From an uncultured virus (IMG/VR IMGVR_UViG_3300042014_000090) (lineage: Duplodnaviria; Heunggongvirae; Uroviricota; Caudoviricetes), in the IMG/VR virus record IMGVR_UViG_3300042014_000090: a stretch of 64,000 nt of DNA; one strand, 5' to 3'. Shown here in pieces: positions 55,043 through 64,000 of the stretch (position 1 is the first letter of the stretch; each line of letters starts with the position of its first letter). The notes below the pieces were generated by a model. That model ran no database searches. It was given only the letters and a program-made list of their open reading frames with translations, and was not told the origin of the DNA. The position numbers and the translations under genes are program-made.

Positions 55043-55507
55043 TCAGGAAGCCACCAGCGTCGCGCCCGTGGTGAGCGGAACCCAGGTGCAGTAGAAGGTC
55101 AGCGCACCGTCGATGGTGCCCGTACCGGTCTGCACCAGCTCGACCGTGCCGGTGGTGACCACCAGGTTGGTCAGCGGACGCCCGCCCTTGCGGAAGTCCG
55201 GCGTGGTCGTGGACTCGTCGACGACACCGATCGTGGTGCCCGCCGCCGTGTCCGTCGTACCCAGGTCGGTGGCCGCGACCACGGTGACGGTGTCACCGGT
55301 GGTCGGGTTCGTCTGGAGAGCCAGCGTGTTCGCGCCCGCCATGGTCGTGGTACACACCGCCCACAGAGCGGTGATCATCACCTCGCCACCGGCCACGGTG
55401 AACAGCGAGTCGGTTGTGGCGTCGGTGAGCGTACCGGTCGCCTTGGAAACAGGACCGTTCCCCAGCGTCAGCTGACGCAGCTGGGTGCCCTGAAGGATGG
55501 TCGACAT
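55043..55507 (-). CDS. virion (decoration-like) protein, paralog B
   Basis: LFTVAGG..CTT..ANTLAL; WVPL.TGA. Confidence 0.6.
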   Translation of the reverse strand: MSTILQGTQLRQLTLGNGPVSKATGTLTDATTDSLFTVAGGEVMITALWAVCTTTMAGANTLALQTNPTTGDTVTVVAATDLGTTDTAAGTTIGVVDESTTTPDFRKGGRPLTNLVVTTGTVELVQTGTGTIDGALTFYCTWVPLTTGATLVAS

Positions 55508-55520
55508 CAGTCAGGACCCC

Positions 55521-56033
55521 TTACGAGTTCAGGTTTGCCAGGTTGGTCGGCTTGCGCATGACCATCAGGTCGTGCGCAACGTTGAGGATCGCGACGTGCT
55601 TGGTGCCGTTCGTGCCCAGGTCGGGCACGTTCAGCGACACCCACTCGAAGCCGTCCGAGAGCTGCTCGGCGCGGACCTCGACGACCACGAGGGTCTCCTC
55701 GGACGCCGCACCGACGTTGGTGATCTCGGACGCCGCCGACTGCGAGCCCTCGGTCCAGGTCTCGTCACCGTCGAGCGTGGTCTCGCTCTGGTAGTAGTAC
55801 TTGGTGATGATGTCGAGATCCTGCGAGGTGCCGCCGGAAGCCGCGTTGTGCTCCTGGAGGTCCAGGTCGAGGATGTCGGTGGACGCACCCGTCGCGACGA
55901 CGATGAACGACACGCCGCCGCAGTCCTTGAGGTGGATGCGGTTGCCGGTGATGGCGCCCGCCACCGCGTCCGTCGGCACTGCGCCGACGGAGACGTTGAA
56001 CAGGCGACCGAGCGCGCTTGCGCCAGTGGCCAT
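55521..56033 (-). CDS. virion structural protein
   Basis: AAGGAG RBS; position after capsid. Confidence 0.6.
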   Translation of the reverse strand: MATGASALGRLFNVSVGAVPTDAVAGAITGNRIHLKDCGGVSFIVVATGASTDILDLDLQEHNAASGGTSQDLDIITKYYYQSETTLDGDETWTEGSQSAASEITNVGAASEETLVVVEVRAEQLSDGFEWVSLNVPDLGTNGTKHVAILNVAHDLMVMRKPTNLANLNS

Positions 56034-56148
56034 GGTTCTCTCCTTTGAGATGCCGGGAACGACGGGGTGTGAATGCCGTCGTCCCCACGGCTCCGGCTTG
56101 GGTGTGAATGCGCACCGGAGCTGTGCGGGCCGCCACGCAAAGCGGCAT

Positions 56149-56187
56149 GAAAAAGACCCCCAGGGACCGGAGTCCCAGGGGGTCTTG
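56149..56187 (-). terminator. intrinsic terminator
   Basis: aagaccccctgggac...gtccctgggggtctt + ttt on - strand. Confidence 0.8.
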
Positions 56188-56199
56188 CTTGGGGGTTAT

Positions 56200-56673
56200 T
56201 CAGTTGTTCGAACGGAGCCGGAGCTGAGCAGCTCTCAGGTTCTCCGCCACGCGGCGGATGCGGTCGGGATCATCCTTGAATCTCCCGATTCCCCTGTTGC
56301 AGGACCAGCAGGCCAGCCCTCTCACGCATTGCCCGCAGGTTTTCTCGCCAGGGCAGCACGTGTGGTCATGGTCTACGTGTATCGACCGACGATTCGCCTC
56401 AACGTCGAACGGCTTAAGGCACAAGTAGCAGCATCCATTCTGGGAGTCCAGGAGGGACTGCCATGCCTCGTTCGTCAGCCTGTACTTGGCATACAGACGA
56501 TTACGCAGACCCCACTGTCGAGAGGCGGTGCGGGCGGCTTCAGGATCTGCTGCGTATCTCTGTCGGGAACGCTCACGCTGGTACGCCCTCACTGCATCCG
56601 CGTCCGTCCAGTCGATCTTGCTGGGACGGCTATGCCTGCGACAGGTGCAGCCTTCGGCGCACGACGGGCTCAT
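56200..56673 (-). CDS. endonuclease VII-type homing endonuclease
   Basis: KYRLT, Q.G.CYLC, HVDHDH, VRGLAC..CN.GIG.F.DDP. Confidence 0.88.
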   Translation of the reverse strand: MSPSCAEGCTCRRHSRPSKIDWTDADAVRAYQRERSRQRYAADPEAARTASRQWGLRNRLYAKYRLTNEAWQSLLDSQNGCCYLCLKPFDVEANRRSIHVDHDHTCCPGEKTCGQCVRGLACWSCNRGIGRFKDDPDRIRRVAENLRAAQLRLRSNN

Positions 56674-57335
56674 CGTGCCTCCATGGCGCGGATCGCAGAT
56701 TCCAGGCGCGCAGCGACCAGGAGCATCAGTTCGGGATCTTCTCCGAAATCTCCTATTCCGCTGTTGCAGTCACTACATGTCAGACCTCGAATGCACTTTC
56801 CGCACGTCTTCTCCGTGGGGCAGCAGCGATGGTCGTGATCCACATGAATGGCCCGGCTGTCACCTCGGCGCAGTTGGTCTCCGCAGAGATAACAGAGGCC
56901 CTCCTGCTGAGTGAAGGCGTGTTCCCACTGACGCACGGTCATTCGGTACTTGGACCAGTACGGGTTCTTGACATACCAGTTCCGGCAGGCTTCCCGATTC
57001 TTCTCCGGGTCGGCCGCTACCTGCTGACGCCTGCGCTCTCGGTCAACTGCTAGTTGCTCTTCGCGTGTTCGCTTCGGTCGTTTCGGGGGAGTGTGGCGCT
57101 TGCACGTGCAGCCATCAGGGCACTTCGCCCCCTTGTTGACAGAGGCACCATGCCGCCCACACGTACACCCCGGCGCGCACGCTTTTGACTTGTGCCGCCC
57201 ACACGTGCAGCCATCAGGGCACTTCCCGAATTTGAAGGGGAGGCTATGACGACTGCACGCGCAGCCCGGCTCGCAAGGCCGTGAACGATGCTTACCGCAG
57301 GTGCATCCTGGGGCGCATCCCTTGATCTGAGTCAC
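56670..57335 (-). CDS. endonuclease VII-type homing endonuclease with Cys-rich repeats
   Basis: 5x CxxGCxCxxH; HVDHDH, IRGLTC..CN.GIG. Confidence 0.88.
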   Translation of the reverse strand: MTQIKGCAPGCTCGKHRSRPCEPGCACSRHSLPFKFGKCPDGCTCGRHKSKACAPGCTCGRHGASVNKGAKCPDGCTCKRHTPPKRPKRTREEQLAVDRERRRQQVAADPEKNREACRNWYVKNPYWSKYRMTVRQWEHAFTQQEGLCYLCGDQLRRGDSRAIHVDHDHRCCPTEKTCGKCIRGLTCSDCNSGIGDFGEDPELMLLVAARLESAIRAMEAR

Positions 57336-57390
57336 ATTCAGATCTTATCCAGTGGATCGAGGAAGATCCAAATGTGACTACATAGAGCGA

Positions 57391-58746
57391 TCAGGCTCGT
57401 GCCGCGAGCTGGACAAACGGGCTCAAGGTGTTGCTTCCCGTCTGCGGAGTGATAGCACTCTGCAACCACGGGCGGCCGTCCACCCTCTCAATGAATCGCA
57501 TCGAGGTCATGTCGGTCTGGAAGCGGTAGTGCGGGCTGGTGTCCGCCTGAATGGCCTGGCGGTCACCGATGAGGTAGTGCGACAGGTCGGCGAGCACAAT
57601 GTCGCCCGCGTCGCCGAGGGTCGGCATCTTCTCGGTGAACAGCACCGGACGGCCCAGGATCCGCATGGGCGGGCCGGAGACGCCGTCGGTGAGCCAGATC
57701 GCCGAGCCGCCGGTGCCGACGGACAGGGACATGGTCGCCAGCTCCGGGAACGTGTCCAGGTTGGCGATCCAGACCGCACTGTTGAGCGAGGACGGCAGCA
57801 TCCGCGCGTACATCTTGACCAGGTTTTCCCAGACGATGGTGTCCGCTGCCTGGCCCGATTCCTTGGTCACGGAGACCATGGCGGGGGAGTTGAGGAAGCC
57901 GAGCGGCTCGCCGACGCCGGAGCCGCCGATGAAGGCGATGTCCTCGAACCAGGCGATGGCCTCGGGGAAGATCTCGTTGATCAGCATCTGGAGGCTGATC
58001 AGGGAGTCCGCGAACAATTCATTCGGGACTTCCGAGTAGGCGGTGAGCTTCTTCGCCTCCAGCTTGACCCGGCCGAAGGTCGGGGAGCTGTCGGTGAGGG
58101 TTCCGGCCTCTTCGGTCCAGTACGCCGCGACGCCGCCGTAGATGTTCGAGGCGTTGGACGTGGAGTCGATCATCGGGAACGGCAGGGTCAGCGTCTCCAT
58201 CGGGATGACGCGGGCCCGCGAGCGGACCACGGCCTTCTCCAGCGCGATGCGCAGCAGCTCAGCCCGCAGGTACTCGGGGATGAGGAAGCCACCGTCGGCG
58301 GGGACGTTGGAGCCGAGGCTGTTCATGATGGAGCGGATCTTGTGCTGCGCGGCGGTCGCCTCGGAGGTGCGGGTGCCGTGCCAGATCGCCTTCATGAAGT
58401 CGCGGACGTCGGGGAACTCGTCGTCGAGCTTCGCGCCGGGGGCGCCGGGGTTGTAGCGGTCGCCGAGGCGGCCCTTGTCCTGCGCCTTCATGGCGAGGTT
58501 GAGGCGCTTGGCGTCGCCCTTGACGTCGATGGAACCGGAGTCCCGGACGTACTTGGTGATGCCTTCCTGGATGCGGGCGTCGAGCTGCTCGTCCAGGTCG
58601 CCGCCGGAGGCCTTGTTGAACTGGGCGGCATAGTCCTTGACGAAGGACAGGGCGCCGTCGCGGGTGGCGAAGACTTCCTTGACTACCGAACCGTCGTTGA
58701 ACATCTCTTCGAGTTCGGAGTCATTGCGCGGGATGACAGGTGCCAT
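57391..58746 (-). CDS. major capsid protein (HK97 fold)
   Basis: DGGFLIPE, WTEE, KKLTAY, G.G.GEPLG, ILGRPV. Confidence 0.92.
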   Translation of the reverse strand: MAPVIPRNDSELEEMFNDGSVVKEVFATRDGALSFVKDYAAQFNKASGGDLDEQLDARIQEGITKYVRDSGSIDVKGDAKRLNLAMKAQDKGRLGDRYNPGAPGAKLDDEFPDVRDFMKAIWHGTRTSEATAAQHKIRSIMNSLGSNVPADGGFLIPEYLRAELLRIALEKAVVRSRARVIPMETLTLPFPMIDSTSNASNIYGGVAAYWTEEAGTLTDSSPTFGRVKLEAKKLTAYSEVPNELFADSLISLQMLINEIFPEAIAWFEDIAFIGGSGVGEPLGFLNSPAMVSVTKESGQAADTIVWENLVKMYARMLPSSLNSAVWIANLDTFPELATMSLSVGTGGSAIWLTDGVSGPPMRILGRPVLFTEKMPTLGDAGDIVLADLSHYLIGDRQAIQADTSPHYRFQTDMTSMRFIERVDGRPWLQSAITPQTGSNTLSPFVQLAARA

Positions 58747-59936
58747 TAGATCCAGCCCTCCTTGAGCTGAGCGAACACGTCATCCGCGCTGGGCGACGTG
58801 GCATGAAGAAGGCCGACCATGGAGTCCCATGTGTCGGCCTGGTCGGTGGGGGCGTCCCCCTCCTCGTCGGGAGGGGCGTCCTCGTCGTCTTCCTCTTCGT
58901 CCTCGTCGGGCGGAGGGAAGGCGTCCTCGGGTGCGGGGGTTTCCGCAGCCGGGGAGTCGTCCGGCTGCGGAGTCTCAGCGACCGGATCCAGCCCGCTGAC
59001 GACGAGTTCCGTCGGCGCGAAGTGGTCGGCGATCTCCTCGCGGACCGCGCTGCGCACCAGTTCCCGAAGCGTGTTCAGGAGGGTGTCGTCGACGCCGGTG
59101 GCGGCATCGGCCAGCGGCTCGGGCGTGGTGGCGAGGTTGGTGAGGGTCTCGGTGCTGAGCTGGTGGGTGCCGAGCGTCTGCGCGGTGATCACCTGCCCGG
59201 CCATGGCCACGGGGGCGGGGACCTTCGGTGCGGGGGCCTGCTCGCGTCCGGCGTAGCGGTACATCGACAGGTCCCAGGACTGGTGCATGCGCGCGTCGGC
59301 GGAGGCCGGTTCGGCGTCCTGCTTGGGCTTCATGGGCATCGCCTCGTCGGCGAGACCCATGGCGACGGCTTCCTTGGCGGTGAACCACGTCTCGGCGGCC
59401 ATCAGGTCGAGGAACTCGTCGACGGACCGGCCGGTGCGTTCCGCGTAGGCTTCGGCGATGTTCCGGGTCTGGAACTCCAGAACCTCGGCCATCTTGATCA
59501 TGTCGGTGGAGTCGCCGTAGCAGCCGCCGGACGCCGCGTGGATCATGACCTGGCTCTGGGGCCGCATGACCACCCGGTCACCGGCGAGCATGATGACCGA
59601 GGCGATCGATGCGGCCAGGCCGTCGACGTAGACGGTGACGTTGGCGGGGTGGGCACGAAGCGCGTTGGCGATCGTGATGCCTTCGAAGACGCTGCCCCCA
59701 GGAGAATTAAGACGGAGGTTAATCTTCGAAGTGGTGACACCGCTCAGCTGCTCGATAAACTCGTCAGCATAGAGGCCAAACCAACCGCCGATGCTGTCGA
59801 ATACGAATACATCCGTACTGTCTGAGTCTTCGACAGAGTTCTGAATTCTGAACCAGTCGGATGCGTTTTCAGGAGGCTGCATCCCTGGGGGGACCTGCCT
59901 CTGTCGACGCTCCGCCGCCAGCTTGATCAGCGGCAT
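58746..59936 (-). CDS. ClpP-like prohead protease/scaffold
   Basis: LNSPGGSVFEG, DGLAASIASVI, MIH, ETWFTAKEA. Confidence 0.92.
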   Translation of the reverse strand: MPLIKLAAERRQRQVPPGMQPPENASDWFRIQNSVEDSDSTDVFVFDSIGGWFGLYADEFIEQLSGVTTSKINLRLNSPGGSVFEGITIANALRAHPANVTVYVDGLAASIASVIMLAGDRVVMRPQSQVMIHAASGGCYGDSTDMIKMAEVLEFQTRNIAEAYAERTGRSVDEFLDLMAAETWFTAKEAVAMGLADEAMPMKPKQDAEPASADARMHQSWDLSMYRYAGREQAPAPKVPAPVAMAGQVITAQTLGTHQLSTETLTNLATTPEPLADAATGVDDTLLNTLRELVRSAVREEIADHFAPTELVVSGLDPVAETPQPDDSPAAETPAPEDAFPPPDEDEEEDDEDAPPDEEGDAPTDQADTWDSMVGLLHATSPSADDVFAQLKEGWI

Positions 59937-60534
59937 CTGCGGTCGCCTCCTTTCGGCGTCTGAGTCGCTGTTGATGTGTGCGTTCGGCGTGACAATTCGC
60001 ACACACCACGTCGCACTTGGCTATTTCCGCCAGCAGTGCATCGACAGACCGTCCAGCTCCTCGCGGTCCGATTCCGAACAGCTTGGTGGCAGGGTCCCTG
60101 TGGTCGAACTGCATGACGTAGCTGGGGTACTTGACGCCGCAATCCATGCACGGCTTGTCTTTCGCCTCGTCAATCACCGCACGTCTGCGCTTGTATTTGT
60201 CATGAGCCTTTACCGGGTCATAAGACTCACGCCTGTAAGCACGGCGTTGGTCAGCAGTGTCTGCATACCACTCCCGCTGATAATCTCGGCGGAACTCCCG
60301 GAATGCTTCTATCTCCTCTTGCGACCGAGATGCATCTCGCTTACGGCGAAGCTCCCTGATGTGCTCTCGGTTATTTTCGCGAAAAGGGCGCTGACGTGCG
60401 TTTACGGCGTCAAGGCATGCTCGACATGCGGGCTCACCTGCGGCTCGGTGGGCCTGGTAGCCAGGATCAGTTCCTGTGCGCCCTTCGGGGTACTTCCTCG
60501 TAGGCTTCGCGCAGGCAGGGGTATGCTGAGACAC
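59869..60534 (-). CDS. HNH endonuclease
   Basis: PCMDCG..MQFDHRDP..K, CDVVCANCH; overlaps protease start. Confidence 0.85.
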   Translation of the reverse strand: MSQHTPACAKPTRKYPEGRTGTDPGYQAHRAAGEPACRACLDAVNARQRPFRENNREHIRELRRKRDASRSQEEIEAFREFRRDYQREWYADTADQRRAYRRESYDPVKAHDKYKRRRAVIDEAKDKPCMDCGVKYPSYVMQFDHRDPATKLFGIGPRGAGRSVDALLAEIAKCDVVCANCHAERTHQQRLRRRKEATADAADQAGGGASTEAGPPRDAAS

Positions 60535-60665
60535 ATCGACTCCATCCAGTCGGTCATGCCCCCGGAGTGTTGACGCACTCGCGGGGGTTCAGTGTTGCGA
60601 CGATCTTACTGTTCGGCGGGCGGGGTCCATCCGAGGTGGACGAGAAGGTTGCAGGTGCCGTCTGG

Positions 60666-62036
60666 TCACAGCAGCATCCTTTGCAGCCAGTCGTCGGGGT
60701 CTTCCTTCGGGACCGGCTTGGCCTTCTTGGCGGGCTGGTCGTTGGGGCCCTCGCGGGGTGCCGGTTCGTCCGGGTTCTGCTGCTCGGGCGGACCGCCCTG
60801 AGCGACCGGAAGGCGCGGCTCGGGCAGTTCGGCCATGTCGGGCAGGCCGCAGGTGGTGAGGATGTCGGCGGCTTCCCACAGTCCGGTGTCGGCGAGGAAC
60901 TTCGCCGCCTGAGCCTTGTTCAGCAGCACCTGGGCGGCGATCTCGTCGTCCTCGGGAACAGGGTTGACGAAGTCGAATTCCAGGCCAGCGGCCGTGGGGC
61001 CGAACATGGGCAGCAGCTGGGTGTTGAGTACCTCGCGTACCCGCATCAGGCGTGGCTTGATGAGCCAGCGGGCGAGCATGACCTCACCGGCGTAGGCGTT
61101 GGCCTTGTTGACGTCGTCGGTGGCGCCGAGCATCGCCTTGGGGAACCCGAACGCTTCACGGATGGTTTCGCGGCTCGCCGACTTCATCTCGACGAACTGC
61201 ATCTCGTCCATGGTGTAGCGGCGGTCGACCCACTTCATGCCTGCTTCGAGGATCGCGACGCGGTGCGCGTTCGACACGCCCCGGTGGGTCTCCGCCCAGC
61301 GGGCCTGGAACTGGTCGAAGTCCTCGTCCGAGATGTTCTGTTCGGCTTCGATGATCCCGCCGGGGGTGGCGGAGTTCAGGAAGAAGTTCCGGTTCCATTC
61401 GGCCGACAGGTAGGAGGCGTCCAGCTCTCCCATGATCGACTGCACCGCGCCCATGCCCCGGTACGGGTCGAGGGGGTGCGGGCGGCGCAGGAAGATGACC
61501 TCGTCCGTGCGCAGCGGGATCTCCTCCCCGTCGGGGGAGGTGTACACGTAGCCGATGAGGTACTTCGTGGGGTGCGGCACCGGACGCATCCGGTCGGGGC
61601 GCACGAACCACAGCTCGACGGGCAGCGTGCCCTGCTTGACGATCACCCAGTACTGCTCGCCGGTGAGTTCCTCGTGCTGCTGCGCCGACTCGCGGAAGGC
61701 GTAGCCGGAGAAGAACTCGTTCGGGCGGCGCCACAGGTTCAGCGCCGGATGGCGGGTGACCTCGATGCGGTCGTCCTGCGCGGAGGTGGTGCCGTGGTCG
61801 TAGCGGCGCCGTCCGTCCTTGGGGACCCGGTACAGCTTCCACTCCACCTGGGAGTAGGAGCCGATGATCCGGTCGACGATCGCGAAGAGGGTGCCGACCT
61901 GGCCGATCGCCCGCATCTGCGCTTCCATCCCCGTCGTGGGGGTGGTCGGGGGGATGCGGCTGTAGCGGGTCACCCCGCGCGGAACGTATGGGACGGGCGC
62001 CTTGTTGAAGAGGGACCCCAGGATCGTGCGAGCCAT
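60666..62036 (-). CDS. portal protein
   Basis: RPNEF, P.DPYRG, FF.NSATPGGII, IREAFG.P. Confidence 0.92.
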   Translation of the reverse strand: MARTILGSLFNKAPVPYVPRGVTRYSRIPPTTPTTGMEAQMRAIGQVGTLFAIVDRIIGSYSQVEWKLYRVPKDGRRRYDHGTTSAQDDRIEVTRHPALNLWRRPNEFFSGYAFRESAQQHEELTGEQYWVIVKQGTLPVELWFVRPDRMRPVPHPTKYLIGYVYTSPDGEEIPLRTDEVIFLRRPHPLDPYRGMGAVQSIMGELDASYLSAEWNRNFFLNSATPGGIIEAEQNISDEDFDQFQARWAETHRGVSNAHRVAILEAGMKWVDRRYTMDEMQFVEMKSASRETIREAFGFPKAMLGATDDVNKANAYAGEVMLARWLIKPRLMRVREVLNTQLLPMFGPTAAGLEFDFVNPVPEDDEIAAQVLLNKAQAAKFLADTGLWEAADILTTCGLPDMAELPEPRLPVAQGGPPEQQNPDEPAPREGPNDQPAKKAKPVPKEDPDDWLQRMLL

Positions 62037-62117
62037 CGGGCCTCCACCTCTTCACTTTGAAAGTAACCAACCGAGCCGCGTCTTCAGATCGAAGGCGACA
62101 CTTGACAGTGATCCATA

Positions 62118-62528
62118 ATGAAAGGCAGACCATCTATGACCGTCACCGCCGGAGGCTGCGCCATGACCGAGCCACTGCACGACCCCCTTGACGAGGCCGG
62201 GACGCCATCCGCTCCCACGGCGCGCCGTACCCTCGCTGACCTGCGCAAAGCGGCAGGCATCACGCAGACAGAGGTCGGCCGCCGCCTCGGTGTCCACCGG
62301 TCCCAGGTCAGCCGCATCGAAGCCGAGTACCCGGATCTGAAGTTCACCCAGCTCCGGGACTACCTACAGGCGATCGGCACTCACATCGTCTTCAGCGAGC
62401 CGGACCTCGGCGACGTCTTCGCCACCGACGTCATCGCCGACCCGGAACGCCAGGAAGCGACGCAAAAGCGCCGCGAAGACCCCACCCGCATCCACAAGGA
62501 CAGAGTTCAGCGCCCGCCGAAGAACTGA
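62118..62528 (+). CDS. XRE-family HTH regulator
   Basis: LADLRKAAGITQTEVGRRLGVHRSQVSRIE; start may be later. Confidence 0.85.
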   Translation: MKGRPSMTVTAGGCAMTEPLHDPLDEAGTPSAPTARRTLADLRKAAGITQTEVGRRLGVHRSQVSRIEAEYPDLKFTQLRDYLQAIGTHIVFSEPDLGDVFATDVIADPERQEATQKRREDPTRIHKDRVQRPPKN

Positions 62529-62707
62529 TACTGCAAGGCCACACACCCCAGCCCCGCGACGATGAACCCGGCCGGATGGAAGATCAGCCACGCCCCGTAG
62601 GAGACGAGGGCGACACAGACCAGGGCCAGCAGCCCTGACCCCAGCGACGCGAACGCCCCGGCCGACAACCGGGGCAGCAGGGTCCTGTTCGTGGTGTTGT
62701 CTCTCAT
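62507..62707 (-). CDS. small membrane protein
   Basis: LVSYGAWLIFHPAGFIVAG, typical between terminase and portal. Confidence 0.65.
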   Translation of the reverse strand: MRDNTTNRTLLPRLSAGAFASLGSGLLALVCVALVSYGAWLIFHPAGFIVAGLGCVALQYQFFGGR

Positions 62708-62847
62708 GCTGTTCCCTTATCTGATAGCGTCAGCGCTGCTGGTTCATCACCCGTTCGCGTTCCACTCTTCTCGGCGGGTGCTGAACTGCCTTCAGCAGGG
62801 CCTCCGAGTCAAGGAAACAGGCGTACCTCTCCTCGGAGGCCCTGCCT

Positions 62848-64000
62848 TCATCCCAGCACCCGAATCCGGGGCTTGGCCCCATTGAAGAACGCCAGCAGCA
62901 GCGCGTCCGCATGGTCGGGGCTCTTACCGATCCGCTCACGGATCTTGTCCTTGGGCTCGATGATGATGCGGCCCTTGGTGTCCAGCTCCCACCGGGGGAC
63001 CAGCAGCTCGGCCGCCGTGACGTCCCCGTTCTCCATCCGCGACAGGTCCCAGGCGCCCTGAGCGGACATCTCGCGGGCGACCGTCCACCACATCTCCGCG
63101 CGGAGGTTGGCGAACTTCTTTTTGTCGCGGGGGTTCTCCGACACGTTCACACCGATGACCCGCGCCGTGTGCTCACCACGCTTGGCCGCGTTACGCAGCT
63201 CACCGATCACGCCGAAGCCGACACCGATCGAGTCGATCTTCACGACCGTCGCCCCGGACTCCCGCAGCGCCCGCAGGACCAGCGGCGCGATCTTCTCCGG
63301 CCGGTCCGTGCGGATCCGCCACTCACGACCCGCCAGCACACCCCGGCGCTCACGCACCACGGTCTCGTCCAGGCCGCCACCGACGTCGACACCCAGCTCG
63401 ACGGGGCTCAGATCCGCCGGTGAGTACACCGCCTCCGTGTCCAGTCGGCACGTCGCCACATCCGAGGCACGCACCACCGTGTCGGCAGCGTCGAGGGTGA
63501 ACTCTCCCAGAACTTTGGAGTTGTACAGGGCGTTGCCGTCGCCCCACTCCAGCTTCTTCTCCTCGGCCCACTCACGTGAGACCAGGGAGACGGCGACCTT
63601 CTCCGGCACCGTCTCGCCGGTGAAGTTCGGCGTGTCGAAAGCCGAGATACGGATCGCGTTCCAGCCCGAGCCGGGCTGCGACACCTTATAGAACTGGGTG
63701 GCCGAGTTGTCCGGGTTGCCGATCGCGAGGATCCGGCACCACGGCCCCGTCGTGATGGCCTCCGCACCGACCCACAGCGACTCCGGAATACCACCGGCCT
63801 CATCCAGCACACACAGCACATACGGGGCGTGAATACCCTGGAACGCCGACTCATCGGCATCCGCAGGCTTCCGGCCGAACGCCACCAGCTCCTCATCGAT
63901 CAACCACTCCACCTGGTTGACCCGGCCCGGCAGCGCGTTCTCCTTGTGCATGCGCCGGATGTACCGCCACAGAATCGCGCGGACCTGCGCCGACGTCGGC
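62848..64000 (-). CDS. terminase large subunit (5' part outside window)
   Basis: VLDEAGG, AIGNP, GVDVGG, IDSIGVG, SPDHADA. Confidence 0.9.
   Translation of the reverse strand, partial: PTSAQVRAILWRYIRRMHKENALPGRVNQVEWLIDEELVAFGRKPADADESAFQGIHAPYVLCVLDEAGGIPESLWVGAEAITTGPWCRILAIGNPDNSATQFYKVSQPGSGWNAIRISAFDTPNFTGETVPEKVAVSLVSREWAEEKKLEWGDGNALYNSKVLGEFTLDAADTVVRASDVATCRLDTEAVYSPADLSPVELGVDVGGGLDETVVRERRGVLAGREWRIRTDRPEKIAPLVLRALRESGATVVKIDSIGVGFGVIGELRNAAKRGEHTARVIGVNVSENPRDKKKFANLRAEMWWTVAREMSAQGAWDLSRMENGDVTAAELLVPRWELDTKGRIIIEPKDKIRERIGKSPDHADALLLAFFNGAKPRIRVLG

Noticed and set aside
62102..62119. TTGACA...CATAAT promoter
   Set aside because: The spacer is only 6 bp.
1..64000. Integrase, att site or transposase
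   Set aside because: No recombinase or transposase motifs were recognised in this window; they could lie outside it.

Overview
This 64-kb high-GC window is a large part of an actinobacterial (probably Streptomyces-type) tailed phage or phage-plasmid genome. The + strand arm (1-37.2 kb) carries many small hypothetical genes. It also carries a Thg1-like tRNA 5' nucleotidyltransferase, a chromosomal-type ParA with three chromosomal-type parS palindromes but no ParB in view, and an AcrVA2/FinQ-like protein. Its replication and recombination genes are a primase-helicase, RecD-like and SNF2 helicases, PolA, Rad52-like and Cas4/Sak4/SSB proteins, and it has Lsr2-, BldC- and DUF397-like regulators. 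The - strand arm (37.4-64 kb) is a siphovirus lysis, tail, head and packaging operon with four free-standing HNH/EndoVII nucleases. The most striking region is an RNA island at 30.6-35.2 kb: a Ro60/TROVE gene downstream of five Y-RNA-like elements interleaved with tRNAs. Three of the five are circularly permuted tRNA mimics that keep an anticodon-like arm, and two are minimal forms. Each element shows a different anticodon-like loop. Other notable signals are a start-associated GACAGGAAGG motif, a tail gene that apparently starts at ATC, a 64-bp exact parA copy disrupting another gene, and twin hairpins with identical loops. All family assignments come from motif recognition by eye; no searches were run.
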